From Planctomycetota bacterium (GTDB lineage Bacteria > Planctomycetota > SZUA-567 > H5-PLA8): DNA of 64,000 nucleotides. The notes below the pieces were generated by a model. The model ran no database searches. It saw nothing but the letters and a program-made list of their open reading frames with translations, and had not been told where the DNA came from. The stretch spans positions 128,001 to 192,000 of the forward strand of contig JBBRPR010000003.1 in NCBI GenBank assembly GCA_038227875.1, in the 5' to 3' direction. The position numbers and the translations under genes are program-made. Below, in pieces: positions 21,891-33,311 of the stretch; the first letter of the stretch is position 1; every line of letters starts with the position of its first letter.

Positions 21891-21892
21891 CG

Positions 21893-23167
<1,275 letters not shown>

Positions 23168-23586
23168 GGATGAAATCTCCTTTAAAAGAAGGGTTGGGTT
23201 GGGCGTAACGCTCATAAATGTAAGAGAACGGGGTCGGGAAGCCACATTTATTTTGCCGGACATAATAAATATTGACGGACATATTAAGGACAGTTTTAAG
23301 TGGTGAGTATTGAGTTTTAAATTAGCGCACGCTGCGACACCATATCGTGCGCAAATCCTTTGTCACTTTGACTTACTCCCCTCGGTGGTAGGTCTTTATG
23401 ATATGTGGAACTGGCAATTTACCCTCAAGGATGCTTTGTCAACTTTAAATGAATCAAGGAGTTACACAATAATTTTTGATGGCGTTGGGTTTGCTCCCTT
23501 GGCGACTAACGTCTGCAGTAGTTTGAGTAACCAGTTTCGCAGACAGTTTTTAAGACACGGAAGCATGCCTTTAAGGAGAGCCAAAC

Positions 23587-25524
23587 GTGGGTAAAATCAT
23601 CGGCATCGACCTCGGGACGACCAACAGCGTGGTGGCCATCCATGAAGGCAAAGAAACGAAAGTCCTCGTCAACGCGGAAGGTTCGCGCCTCACGCCGTCG
23701 GTGGTCGCATTCACCGATGACGGCCGACTCGTCGGCCGCGCGGCCAAGAGCCAGGCGGTAACCAACCCGTCCCGCACCATCTATAGTATCAAGCGATTCA
23801 TGGGCCGCCGCCACAAGGAAGTCGCGAGCGAAGAGAAGCTCGTCCCTTACAAGGTGGTCGGCGCCGAAGAGGAACTCGTACAGGTCGAGATCGACGGCAA
23901 GCGCTACTACCCGCCGGAGATTTCGGCGATCGTGCTGCAGGACCTGAAGAAGAGCGCCGAGACGTACCTGGGCGAAGCGGTCACCGAAGCGGTGATCACC
24001 GTCCCCGCGTACTTTAACGACGCTCAGCGACAGGCCACGAAAGAAGCCGGCAAGATCGCGGGCCTGGACGTGAAGCGCATCCTGAATGAACCGACGGCCG
24101 CCGCTTTGGCGTACGGCCTGGACAAGAAAAAGAACGAGAAGATCGCGATCTTCGACTTGGGTGGCGGTACGTTCGACATCTCCGTGCTGGATGTCGGCGA
24201 CGGCGTCTTCGAAGTGCTCGCGACCAACGGCGACACCCACCTGGGCGGCGACGACTGGGACCGCGTAATCGTCGACTACGTGGCCGATGAATTCAAGAAG
24301 TCGGCCGGCGTCGACCTGCGCAAGGATCCGATGGCGTTGCAGCGTCTGACGGAAGCCTGCGAAAAGGCGAAGTGCGATCTTTCGACGATGCCGCAGACGA
24401 CGATCAATCTGCCGTACATCACGGCCGATAAGACCGGACCGAAGCATTTGCAGCAGACATTGACGCGCGCGAAGTTCGAAAGCATCTGCGAAAGCCTGTT
24501 CGAACGGCTGCGCGCCCCGGTGCTCTCGGCGCTGAAGGATGCGGGCGTGACGCCCAAGGACATCGACGAAGTGGTGCTGGTCGGCGGCTCGACGCGCATG
24601 CCCAAGTGCCAGGAAATCTGCAAGATCATCTTCGACGGCAAGGAACCGCATAAGGGCGTGAATCCCGACGAAGTCGTCGCGATCGGCGCTGCGATCCAGG
24701 CCGCGGTGCTCTCCGGTGACGTCCAGGACATCGTGCTGCTCGACGTTTCTCCGCTCTCGCTGGGCGTGGAAACCCTCGGCGGCGTAACGACCGTCCTGAT
24801 CCCGCGCAACACCACGATCCCGACGCGCAAGACCGAAACGTTCTCGACGGCCGCCGACAGCCAGCCGGCGGTGGACATCCACATTCTGCAGGGCGAACGC
24901 AAGATGTCGGCCGACAACCGCACGCTGGGCCGCTTCCAGCTCGCGGGACTTCCGCCGGCGCCGCGCGGTGTACCGCAGATCGAAGTGACGTTCGACATCG
25001 ACGCGAACGGCATCCTCAACGTCTCCGCCAAGGACAAGGGGACGAACAAGGAACAGAAGATCGAGATCAAGGCGTCGTCGGGTCTGGACAAGGCCGACGT
25101 TGAACGCATGGTCCGCGAAGCCGCGTCGCACGAGTCGGAAGACAAGGCCAAGGCCGAAGTGATCGAAGCCCGCAACAAGGCCGATCAGCTCTGCTACCAG
25201 ACGGAAAAATTCATCAAGGACAACGACGCGAAGGTCTCTGCCGGAAACAAGGAAAAGGCCGACGTTGCAATCAAAGCCGTGCGTGCCGTCCTCAAGGACA
25301 CGCCCGACGACAAGACAAAGCTGGACAAGGCCGTGGCCGAACTGGAAGGCGTAAGCCACAAGATCGCCGAGGAGATTTACAAGGCCGCGGCGGCCGAAGC
25401 GCCCCAAGGCGAACCGAAGGCTCCGGGTGCCGAAGGTCCGGATGCTGGAGACAGCGCCAAGAAGCCCGCGCCGGAAGGCGAAGTCATCGACGCGGATTTC
25501 AAGGTCGTCGACGACAAGAAGTAA
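23587..25524 (+). CDS. dnaK: Molecular chaperone DnaK
   Basis: [55 protein letters not shown]-terminal VIDADF; AAGGAG RBS. Confidence 0.98.
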   Translation: MGKIIGIDLGTTNSVVAIHEGKETKVLVNAEGSRLTPSVVAFTDDGRLVGRAAKSQAVTNPSRTIYSIKRFMGRRHKEVASEEKLVPYKVVGAEEELVQVEIDGKRYYPPEISAIVLQDLKKSAETYLGEAVTEAVITVPAYFNDAQRQATKEAGKIAGLDVKRILNEPTAAALAYGLDKKKNEKIAIFDLGGGTFDISVLDVGDGVFEVLATNGDTHLGGDDWDRVIVDYVADEFKKSAGVDLRKDPMALQRLTEACEKAKCDLSTMPQTTINLPYITADKTGPKHLQQTLTRAKFESICESLFERLRAPVLSALKDAGVTPKDIDEVVLVGGSTRMPKCQEICKIIFDGKEPHKGVNPDEVVAIGAAIQAAVLSGDVQDIVLLDVSPLSLGVETLGGVTTVLIPRNTTIPTRKTETFSTAADSQPAVDIHILQGERKMSADNRTLGRFQLAGLPPAPRGVPQIEVTFDIDANGILNVSAKDKGTNKEQKIEIKASSGLDKADVERMVREAASHESEDKAKAEVIEARNKADQLCYQTEKFIKDNDAKVSAGNKEKADVAIKAVRAVLKDTPDDKTKLDKAVAELEGVSHKIAEEIYKAAAAEAPQGEPKAPGAEGPDAGDSAKKPAPEGEVIDADFKVVDDKK

Positions 25525-25621
25525 ACTTCACGACGTAAGTGCAGGACCGCGATGCTGGGCAACAGGGCCGGACCTCCCTGGTGTCCAGCATTGTTTTTTG
25601 ATGAGATGGCCTTGCGGCCAT

Positions 25622-25867
25622 AGGGTCAGGGGTCAGGGGTCAGGGGTCAGGGGTCAGACAGATGACCAAACCGCGATGCCACTGCGATCGCACTGGCAAA
25701 GCCAGACTTTCGCTCCGCTCCAAGTCCGTCTGTGCCAGTGGCACCAACGCGGTTTGGAATTCGGCGCGCGCAACTTTACTGCCTTCTGCCTACTTGTTTT
25801 CCCATCCGATCAAACCATACTTCAGCACGCACGCGCACCCAACTCTGACCCCTGGCCCCTGACCCTG
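25622..25867. repeat. GGGGTCA/TGACCCC heptamer inverted repeat enclosing a REP-like cactggcaaagccag..gccagtggcacc core
   Basis: About 5 GGGGTCA units at 25622-25658; tctgacccctggcccctgacccc at 25844-25866. Confidence 0.8.
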
Positions 25868-25871
25868 CTGT

Positions 25872-26810
25872 ATGAGCGACTTTCTCGATCCTCTCGATCC
25901 GCAAAATCGCGCGCTACTGAAGCGCTATTTGTCGTCGGCGCTCGGCGGGGATGTGGCGCAGTTCATTGGCATTCCGGAAGCGCCCAAAGCTACACGGGGC
26001 GGGGTGGAGAATCGCAATTACGAGCTGACGGCGTTTGTCGGCGATGTCAGCCGGCGCTTCGTGCTGCGGTGTCCGCCCGCGGAGATTCCGGAATGGCGAT
26101 CGCTGGACGGGCTCTACGATCTGCACCGCGAATTCCGCGTGCTCCAGGAGCTCCAGAATTTTCCGCAGCTGGGCGCACCGAAAGCGTACGGCTACGACGC
26201 GGGCGAGACGTTCGGTGCGCCGTGTTTTCTGATGGACACCGTCGATGGCGCGCCGCTGACCGAACACCTCGTACCCGAGCTGAATCCGAAGCTGCTCCGC
26301 CAGTTCACCGCACGCCTCGCGGAGATCAGTCGCGTGGCGTACCAGGACAACCCCTGGCTGAACGAACATCTGCCGCGCTGGACGAATGAGTGGTGGTTCG
26401 GCTGGTTCGAGCGGATGGTCAAACCCGAGGCGAAGGATGCCTTGTACGAACGCGCGCTGGCGTGGTTGAAAGAGAAGCAGCCGGCGAAGCGCGCGCTGGT
26501 CTTCGCACACGGCGACGCGAATCCCGGTAACTTTCTCGTCCGCGACGACGCGATCAGCGGCGTGGTCGACTGGGAATTCGCGGGGCTGAGCGACGATCCG
26601 TTCAGCGAGATCGGATTCTTCGTCTGGCTTCACGACGGCCAGCTGGCCAAACCGCTCGCGCAGGAACTTTCCGATGTCCTCCAGCGCGACATCAAGGAAA
26701 CGAAGTGGTACTTCGTCCGCGCATGGCTGGGCATCACCTTTCTCGGCACGGATCCGGCGTCGGAGCTTTTCCAACTGCGCCGTGAGGTGCTGGCGCAGCT
26801 GACGGCGTGA
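25872..26810 (+). CDS. Aminoglycoside phosphotransferase (APH/ACAD10-like) family kinase
   Basis: FVLRCPP, REFRVL, HGDANPGNFL, VVDWEFA. Confidence 0.88.
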   Translation: MSDFLDPLDPQNRALLKRYLSSALGGDVAQFIGIPEAPKATRGGVENRNYELTAFVGDVSRRFVLRCPPAEIPEWRSLDGLYDLHREFRVLQELQNFPQLGAPKAYGYDAGETFGAPCFLMDTVDGAPLTEHLVPELNPKLLRQFTARLAEISRVAYQDNPWLNEHLPRWTNEWWFGWFERMVKPEAKDALYERALAWLKEKQPAKRALVFAHGDANPGNFLVRDDAISGVVDWEFAGLSDDPFSEIGFFVWLHDGQLAKPLAQELSDVLQRDIKETKWYFVRAWLGITFLGTDPASELFQLRREVLAQLTA

Positions 26811-27057
26811 GTTGGTGATCGGCGATCTGGTGTGACGGATACGCAAAAGTCAGAGCGTAGCGAAAACTTTTGTTCGTCCGTGAGTGACGCGCCGCAAGAG
26901 CCAACAGGCTCCGCCAGTTCGATGCGTCACGCACGGATGAACGGACACTTTTGCTACGGTCAAGCGCCTGCGCATCCGTGGCACCAGGAGCACCAGTGGC
27001 ATCCGCGGCACCAGAAGATTTTGACCCTGCGGTAAATTTACCTTAGGGTGGAAAGCC

Positions 27058-28089
27058 ATGGGCACGCGCAATTATGGTCCGGAACCGGAGTGGGGGCTGG
27101 AGTTCTTCCATGCGCACTCGCATCCGCTGGACGAATTCCCGGCGCTGACGCATGTTCACGAAGTCCGCTCCGGACCTAACAACACGATTCCCGAGCACAT
27201 TCACGAGACGTTTGAGATCTGTTACATCCACTCGGGTTTCGGCGAGTGGTTTGCCGAAGGGCGAAACTACCGGGTCAAACCGGGCGACCTTTACATCGTC
27301 AAGCCCGGCGAACGCCACGGCGGCCGCGTCGATCCGAAAGATCCCTACCACATTTTTGTGCTCGGCATCGACCCCACGGCGCTGCCGCTGCTGCCGGGAA
27401 CGTCCCTGCTCCCCGCGCCACGCGAAAATCCGCACCGGCAGCGGGTCGAAGCGATCAAGAAGCAGGGCGTGAAAGTGTTCGACGCGCCACTGCGCGACGT
27501 GACGCAGGCCATCAGCGAGGCGCGCGCGCTCAGCGACGACTTCACTGCGCTCGACCAGCGCGTGATTCCCGGCGGGCAGGGGATCGAGCAGATTTACCGG
27601 CGCATCCTGACGGAACTCGACGCCCCCGACGACGGCAATGCCAAATCACGCGAACTGAAAATTCTGATGGTCCAGGCGCTGATCGTCGAACTGCTCGTCT
27701 TCATCGCGCGCCGTTACACCGCGCACCGTCAGCACAGCCGCAGCGCGACGCTCGGCACACTGCCGACGCGCGCGGAGATCGGGGAACTCCAGACGTGGCT
27801 GCGCAGCCGCATTTCCGATCCGCCGTCGCTGACGCAGATGGCCGAGAAAATCGGCTTATCGCCAGCGCATTTCGCGATGGTCTTCAAGCAGGAGACGGGC
27901 ATGACCGCGCTGGAATTCATGACTGCCGCCCGCATCGACGAAGCCGCCGCGCGCCTGCGCGCCAACCGCCGCACGAGCGTCACCGACATCGCGCTCGACC
28001 TGGGCTTCAGCTCCTCGCAGTACTTCAGCCTGGTGTTTAAGAAGTACAAGGGGTGTACGCCGAAGGAGTGGAGGAATGTCGAAAGATGA
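27058..28089 (+). CDS. AraC-family transcriptional regulator with cupin domain
   Basis: HIHETFEICY...PGERH cupin; C-terminal double HTH (SPAHFAMVFKQETG; VTDIALDLGFSSSQYFS). Confidence 0.92.
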   Translation: MGTRNYGPEPEWGLEFFHAHSHPLDEFPALTHVHEVRSGPNNTIPEHIHETFEICYIHSGFGEWFAEGRNYRVKPGDLYIVKPGERHGGRVDPKDPYHIFVLGIDPTALPLLPGTSLLPAPRENPHRQRVEAIKKQGVKVFDAPLRDVTQAISEARALSDDFTALDQRVIPGGQGIEQIYRRILTELDAPDDGNAKSRELKILMVQALIVELLVFIARRYTAHRQHSRSATLGTLPTRAEIGELQTWLRSRISDPPSLTQMAEKIGLSPAHFAMVFKQETGMTALEFMTAARIDEAAARLRANRRTSVTDIALDLGFSSSQYFSLVFKKYKGCTPKEWRNVER

Positions 28090-28224
28090 ATGTCGAATGT
28101 CGAAGAGCTGAGGTCGCGGCAATTTCACGCGAGGGACCGGTCCACCCCTCGCGGGTTATTCAGTCACGCCTATGAAAAAACGCGCCGCTACATGCGGCGC
28201 GTTTTTTCGACATTCGACATTCGC
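28074..28224. repeat. GAATGTC/GACATTC heptamer inverted repeat enclosing a bidirectional terminator (28175-28207)
   Basis: gaatgtcgaatgtcgaa ... aaaaaacgcgccgc tacat gcggcgcgtttttt cgacattcgacattcg. Confidence 0.8.
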
Positions 28225-28225
28225 C

Positions 28226-30103
28226 TCAGTCCTTCTTTTCCGCCCGGTCGATCATGTGATAGCGGTAGTAGACTTCCATGCAGAGGATGTTCAGGGCGGT
28301 CTGGCCGACGCGGCCCCATTTGATTGAGCCTTCGCCGTGCGGGTTCCAGCTGCCGTCGTTTTCCTGGCGCATCAGCACGGCTTCCTTCAACTTCTCGTTC
28401 CATTCCTTCCAGACTTCGCCGCCCACTTGGAACATGACCAGTGTGTCGTAGTACCAGCCATACATGTTGACTGACCAATCCACGTCGCGGTGTGTCTTGT
28501 CGGTATTGGGCAGATCGGCGCGCTTGTCGGAGATCAGCCAGTGCGCGGCGTCTTCGAGTTCATGGACCGGCGTGCCGGTGTAGAGGCGGCAGAGCAGGGC
28601 GATGGCGGTGCGTTGCTTGGTGACTCCGGGGAAGCCGGCCTTGACGGGATAGTATTGGTAGCGATGTCCGTAGGGATCGCCGGCGTCTTTGACCTGGCAG
28701 GCGTTGAGAAAGTTGATGCCGCCTTCCAGCGCAAAGGTGTCGACGTGAAGCCCGGCGACTTTCGCGGACTTCAGCAGCATGATGTGCCAGCCGGTGTTGC
28801 TCATGTCGGGGAGATTGTTGCCCTTGGCGTACGTCCAGCCGGATTTCTCAGAGCCTTCACCCTGCTGCATTTTGATGGTGTAATCGACGCAGCCCTGCGC
28901 GGCGGTTTTCGTTTCGGGCACGCGGGCCATGCCCGTCGCTTCGCAGAGCGCCATGCCGGCGATGGCGTGGGCGTAGCCGAACTTTGTCAGGCTGCCGTCG
29001 GGTTGCTGCTTGCTGATCAGGTACTTCACCGCGCGCTGGACATGATCCTTGTAGTGGCCGACTTTCTCCGTGTGCCCGGCGCCGAGGAACGCCAGCAGCG
29101 CCAGCCCGGTGCAGGCGATGTCGTAATCTTCCGCCGAGGTCGCTGTGCCGCCGGCGACGAATTGCGAGCCGTGTTTCACCGAATCCCAGCGGCCATCCTG
29201 TTCCTGATTTTTCGCCAGCCACTCCAGGCCCTTGTCGACGGCACCTTCCGTCTGCTTGGAGCCGCCCATCTTCTGGACCATCAGTTTGCGTCCGCCGCCG
29301 GTGCGCGAACCAAACGCGCCCTTGCCCGCGCCGCTTCCGGTGCCCACGCCTGTGCCGTCGCCGCCGCCGAACCCGCCGCCCTTGCCTTTGCTCGGGCTGC
29401 CGCCGACGCCGATCAGATCTTCCATCCCGACGCTGCCACCCATGCCACCGCCACCCGCGGCGTCCGCGTTGCCGCCCACACTGTGGAAGCTCTCCGCCTC
29501 GGGATTGCCATAGGCGCTTTGCGTGTCCGGCCGGTCCGGGTTGATGGTCTCGAAGTGATCGCCCAACTGCGCCTGCGCGAGAATGTCCGGCGGCACGTCG
29601 ATCTTGGACTGAATGTCAGAAGTCGGATCCGTGGCCTTCACGTCCTTGGACTGCAGGACATCGGTGAGTTCCGAGCGTGTCTTCTCCGGCTCATCCGTGA
29701 TTTTCGGCGCGGGCGTGAGCTCGGTCATCATGATCACCGCGTCATCGGACTTCGGCATCTCAATGGCCATCGAAACCAGGCCGGCCAGCGAAATCACGAG
29801 CGTGTGAAGCGCGACCGAGACGAACCACCAGGGCACACCGGTCAGGCGCGTCATCAGGCTCTCGGCCGGCTGAGCGGATGTGGCGATGCCCGCTGCGCCC
29901 TCACGCGAGTCGCCGGTAATCGGCTGGACCTGCGAGTATTCCATCAAGCTGTGGACTTCACGGAAGGACGCGAGCTGCGCGCGGCAACTTGCACAGCCGG
30001 CGACATGCGCTTCCAGCGCGCGGATGGTGTCGTCGGAGAGCGTGCCGTCGAGATAACTTTCCGCGTGCTCCTGGACGAGCTCGCACTGGTCGATTGCAAT
30101 CAT
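28226..30103 (-). CDS. zf-HC2 anti-sigma factor fused to TM, Gly-rich linker and prenyltransferase/squalene-oxidase repeat domain
   Basis: YLDGTL..LEAHVAGCASC (HxxxCxxC); PWWFVSVALH TM; GLEWLAKNQEQDGRW, YLISKQQPDG, RQENDGSW repeats. Confidence 0.85.
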   Translation of the reverse strand: MIAIDQCELVQEHAESYLDGTLSDDTIRALEAHVAGCASCRAQLASFREVHSLMEYSQVQPITGDSREGAAGIATSAQPAESLMTRLTGVPWWFVSVALHTLVISLAGLVSMAIEMPKSDDAVIMMTELTPAPKITDEPEKTRSELTDVLQSKDVKATDPTSDIQSKIDVPPDILAQAQLGDHFETINPDRPDTQSAYGNPEAESFHSVGGNADAAGGGGMGGSVGMEDLIGVGGSPSKGKGGGFGGGDGTGVGTGSGAGKGAFGSRTGGGRKLMVQKMGGSKQTEGAVDKGLEWLAKNQEQDGRWDSVKHGSQFVAGGTATSAEDYDIACTGLALLAFLGAGHTEKVGHYKDHVQRAVKYLISKQQPDGSLTKFGYAHAIAGMALCEATGMARVPETKTAAQGCVDYTIKMQQGEGSEKSGWTYAKGNNLPDMSNTGWHIMLLKSAKVAGLHVDTFALEGGINFLNACQVKDAGDPYGHRYQYYPVKAGFPGVTKQRTAIALLCRLYTGTPVHELEDAAHWLISDKRADLPNTDKTHRDVDWSVNMYGWYYDTLVMFQVGGEVWKEWNEKLKEAVLMRQENDGSWNPHGEGSIKWGRVGQTALNILCMEVYYRYHMIDRAEKKD

Positions 30104-30741
30104 GGATGACTCCCTGGATGTTGCGTCTCGATGTCGTCGCTCAACTCTTCGCCCGGCGGAGTGCCAGGGCGCGGGGGCGCCGACTTGAATTGTTCACGCA
30201 GCACGCCGTGCAGCAGGACGTTGGCCTGAAACAGCTGCCGCTTCAGCGTGCTGAACGGAATGTTGAGCTGCTCGGAAATCTCTTTGGAAGACAGGTGTTG
30301 AAAGTAGCGCAGACGGACAATCTCGCGGAGTTCGACGGGCAGTTTCTCCAGCGCTTTGCGGACGGAGTCGCGCAGTTCGAGCATGCTGAAACCGCCGGTC
30401 GTGAATGCGGAATCCTGATCGCGCAGCGCGTCTTTCTTCTGGCCCACGGTGCGGTGATTTTCGCGCGCGCGGTCCAGCGCATTGCGGCGGTTGATCATGC
30501 GCAGCCACTGGCCGATGGAGCTGCCTTGAGTCTGGGGCGTATGCGTGCGGTCGCTGAACGCTTCGACGAAGGTTTTCTGGACCACGTCTTCGGCGTCGTC
30601 GCGGTTGCCGAGAATGCCGGTGGCCTGGTTGGTCAGTTCGGTGCGGTACTGTTCGAGCAACTCCCAGAACTCTTCGGGAATGGCGGACCGGGGATCGGAG
30701 GAGGCGTTGTTCAAGATGGTTTGCGCCGCAGTGGTGATCAT
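30100..30741 (-). CDS. ECF (sigma-70 group 4) RNA polymerase sigma factor
   Basis: DDAEDVVQKTF, QWLRMINRRNALD (region 2); LEKLP..REIVRLRYF..SSKEISEQLNIP (region 4); ATGA overlap with the downstream gene. Alternative start at 30765. Confidence 0.9.
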   Translation of the reverse strand: MITTAAQTILNNASSDPRSAIPEEFWELLEQYRTELTNQATGILGNRDDAEDVVQKTFVEAFSDRTHTPQTQGSSIGQWLRMINRRNALDRARENHRTVGQKKDALRDQDSAFTTGGFSMLELRDSVRKALEKLPVELREIVRLRYFQHLSSKEISEQLNIPFSTLKRQLFQANVLLHGVLREQFKSAPPRPGTPPGEELSDDIETQHPGSHP

Positions 30742-31198
30742 GGTTCCGCTGTGCCTTTCTACCAACCTATCGCTTGAGCCCAGCCCGGAGGCTCATATTC
30801 TTTCAAACTTTTTTCAGGAGGACTATGGACAGCTCTATCCACGCGTTCACGAGTGCATCCGCGCATTCCGCGACACGCACGCGTGCGATGAGCTTCGAAG
30901 TCCTCTATAGAAGGGAGGAATCAACAGCCGTGCCAGTTGCGGAAGCAGCAACGAACAAGTGCAAACCTTTTGGTGCAAGGAGCCGATTGGAATAGAATAC
31001 AAACCGGCACATAAAACTATTGAACGCCTATAAATCAATTGAAACAGTCGTTAACATATTATAAAACCTAAAATTCATTGAGAATGCGCGGTTAAAAACA
31101 CGCACGGTCGCAAGCAACCCTGGATGTTCACGGACACTCCGTCACCGTTTGACCTTCCTTACTCCCCGCGCATCCATTAACCTGAGGCCGCAGAAGAC

Positions 31199-31849
31199 TT
31201 GAAGACGCCACTCCACCGTTACGCCCCCTCCACCACAGGTTTCGAACCTCCCCCGAATGCGCTCGACCTGCGGAAGATCATTGGACTCAAACATTGCCCG
31301 CCGCTGGAAACCGGTGAAGACGTCGCTCGCGCGTTTGCCGAGATGACCGCGCTGAAGCACGAAGTCGTCGTGTCCGGAGCGGTGGACCGCCGTTCACGGC
31401 TGGTGGGTTGGAACGTCGTCGCGGCCAGTACGCACGATCCGCATGCATTGCGCGTGGGCGACGTGTTTACGCCGGTGATGAAGACTTCGGGCGCGAGCAT
31501 TGTGCTCGTGCGCAACAGTACCACGGCGCACTTGCGAACTTCCGCGCGCGAGTTCGAATTCATCCGCAACGTTTCTGAAGCTGCGCAACTGCTGGGCTAC
31601 ACCTTGCTCGACTATATCGTGCTGTCGCGCAAAGTGTGGTGCAGCCTGCTCGAAACCCCGATGGTCGAGGCCCACGCGCCGTTACTGAATCTCCATCGCG
31701 TAGAACTGGCGAAATCCGGATCCGGCGAATGGCAGTGCCGGATGTGCCGCAAGTCCAACCGTCATGTTCAACCCACGCGTCCGGTGATCTACGGCCAATA
31801 CACCACGACCCATTGCGCCCACTGCCGTACGTTCGCGTGGCTGTACTGA
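31199..31849 (+). CDS. Degenerate RadC-like JAB domain protein with C-terminal Zn ribbon
   Basis: HEVV..VDRRSRLVG..DVF..SGASIVLVRN..S..E..AAQLLGYTLLDYIVL matches the RadC layout; C-terminal CRMC...CAHC. Confidence 0.7.
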   Translation: MKTPLHRYAPSTTGFEPPPNALDLRKIIGLKHCPPLETGEDVARAFAEMTALKHEVVVSGAVDRRSRLVGWNVVAASTHDPHALRVGDVFTPVMKTSGASIVLVRNSTTAHLRTSAREFEFIRNVSEAAQLLGYTLLDYIVLSRKVWCSLLETPMVEAHAPLLNLHRVELAKSGSGEWQCRMCRKSNRHVQPTRPVIYGQYTTTHCAHCRTFAWLY

Positions 31850-31860
31850 ATGGTGACTTT

Positions 31861-31959
31861 TGGTGCCACGGATGTGCGGATTTCTGAGCGTCGCGAAGAA
31901 ATGCGCTCTTCCATGCGATGCGCAATTCCATCGCGGAGCGTCTGCGCATCCGTGGCACC
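31861..31959. repeat. REP-like inverted repeat GGTGCCACGGATG / CATCCGTGGCACC
   Basis: ggtgccacggatgtgcg ... gcgcatccgtggcacc; the same core occurs at 26970-27012. Confidence 0.75.
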
Positions 31960-32015
31960 CTTCTATCGCCTGAATTTCGGTTGACCCCCACCCATAACAC
32001 ACGGACCATGTGGTC

Positions 32016-33302
32016 ATGGCCGAAATTTGTGTGATCGGGTTGGGGTATGTGGGGCTGCCGACGGCGAGCCTGCTGGCCACGGCCGGATTCCAGGTGCTGG
32101 GCGTCGACGTCGATCTGGAACTCGTAGAGGGCCTGCGTTCGGGGAAGACACGCCTGGAAGAGGCGGGGCTGTCGACGCTGGTCTCGGCGGCCTGCCACAG
32201 CGGGAACCTCACGGCGGCGACGAAGCCGGAACCGTCCGACACCTTCATCATCTGCGCGCCGACGCCGGTCACGGCCGATCACCATGTTGACTTGAGCATG
32301 GTGGATGCGGCGGCGAATTCCATCAAGTCCGTGGTCAAGAAGGGCAACCTGGTCATTCTCGAATCGACGTCGCCCATCGGCACCACGCGCGGCACGGTCG
32401 GTGGCGTGTTAAAGAAGGCGGGCTTCGAACCGGGCCGCGACGTCCATCTCTGCTACTGCCCCGAGCGCGTGCTGCCCGGCAATACGGTCGCCGAACTGGT
32501 CAACAACGACCGCATCATCGGCGGATTGACCCTCGCGTGCGCCGAACACGCGCAGGAAATTTACGCGCGCTTCTGCCAGGGGAAAATCTCGCTCACGGAC
32601 GATCTGACCGCGGAAATGTGCAAGCTGATGGAGAACACCTACCGCGACGTCAACATCGCCGTCGCCAATGTTTTCTCCCGCATCGCCGAAGATTCGGGCG
32701 TGAACGTGTGGCGCGCGATCGAGCTCTCCAATCTGCATCCGCGCGTCAAGATTTTGAAGCCCGGGCCGGGCGTGGGCGGGCACTGCATTCCCGTCGATCC
32801 GTGGTTTTTCGTCGATGCGTATCCCAACCACACCGGACTGCTGCGCGCGTCGCGGGAAGCCAACGACAGCCAGGCCACACGCATGCTCCAGCGCATGATG
32901 GCGACTGGTCTGCTGAAGGCCGGCGACACGCTGGCGATTCTGGGCGCCGCGTACAAGGCCGACATCGACGACCCGCGCGAAAGTCCGGCGACGCTGCTGG
33001 CGCACGCGGCCGCGGCGGCAAAGATCAATGTGCGCGTTCATGATCCGCTGGTGCGCGCTGGCGATCACCACGGGCTGAACGTTTCGAACAATCTGGACGA
33101 ATGCCTGACCGGCGCCGCCGCCGCCGCGCTGCTGACGGAGCACAAATATTACCGTGGCCTCTCGTCGAAGGTTTTCGCGCAGCACATGAGCGGCAAACTG
33201 ATCTGCGACGCGCGCAACTGGCTCAACCACAAGTCGCTGTCGCTGGCGGGATTCACGGTGCTGCTGCTGGGCGATGGGAGTGCGCAAGCGACGCAACATT
33301 AA
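32016..33302 (+). CDS. wecC: Nucleotide-sugar dehydrogenase (UDP-N-acetyl-D-mannosamine dehydrogenase-like)
   Basis: GLGYVGLP, ILEST, CPERVLPG, KLMENTYRDVNIA, PGPGVGGHCIPVDPWF, YKADIDDPRESP. Confidence 0.85.
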   Translation: MAEICVIGLGYVGLPTASLLATAGFQVLGVDVDLELVEGLRSGKTRLEEAGLSTLVSAACHSGNLTAATKPEPSDTFIICAPTPVTADHHVDLSMVDAAANSIKSVVKKGNLVILESTSPIGTTRGTVGGVLKKAGFEPGRDVHLCYCPERVLPGNTVAELVNNDRIIGGLTLACAEHAQEIYARFCQGKISLTDDLTAEMCKLMENTYRDVNIAVANVFSRIAEDSGVNVWRAIELSNLHPRVKILKPGPGVGGHCIPVDPWFFVDAYPNHTGLLRASREANDSQATRMLQRMMATGLLKAGDTLAILGAAYKADIDDPRESPATLLAHAAAAAKINVRVHDPLVRAGDHHGLNVSNNLDECLTGAAAAALLTEHKYYRGLSSKVFAQHMSGKLICDARNWLNHKSLSLAGFTVLLLGDGSAQATQH

Positions 33303-33311
33303 AACAAAACA

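Noticed and set aside
23506..25407. 633-aa ORF antisense to dnaK
   Set aside because: Long antisense frames opposite dnaK/hsp70 are a known codon-bias artefact. The real gene is on the plus strand.
30766..31198. AT-rich spacer as a riboswitch or ncRNA
   Set aside because: Fragments such as gcaaacc and ggaagcagc did not extend into c-di-GMP or SRP consensus structures. It is probably just divergent promoters.
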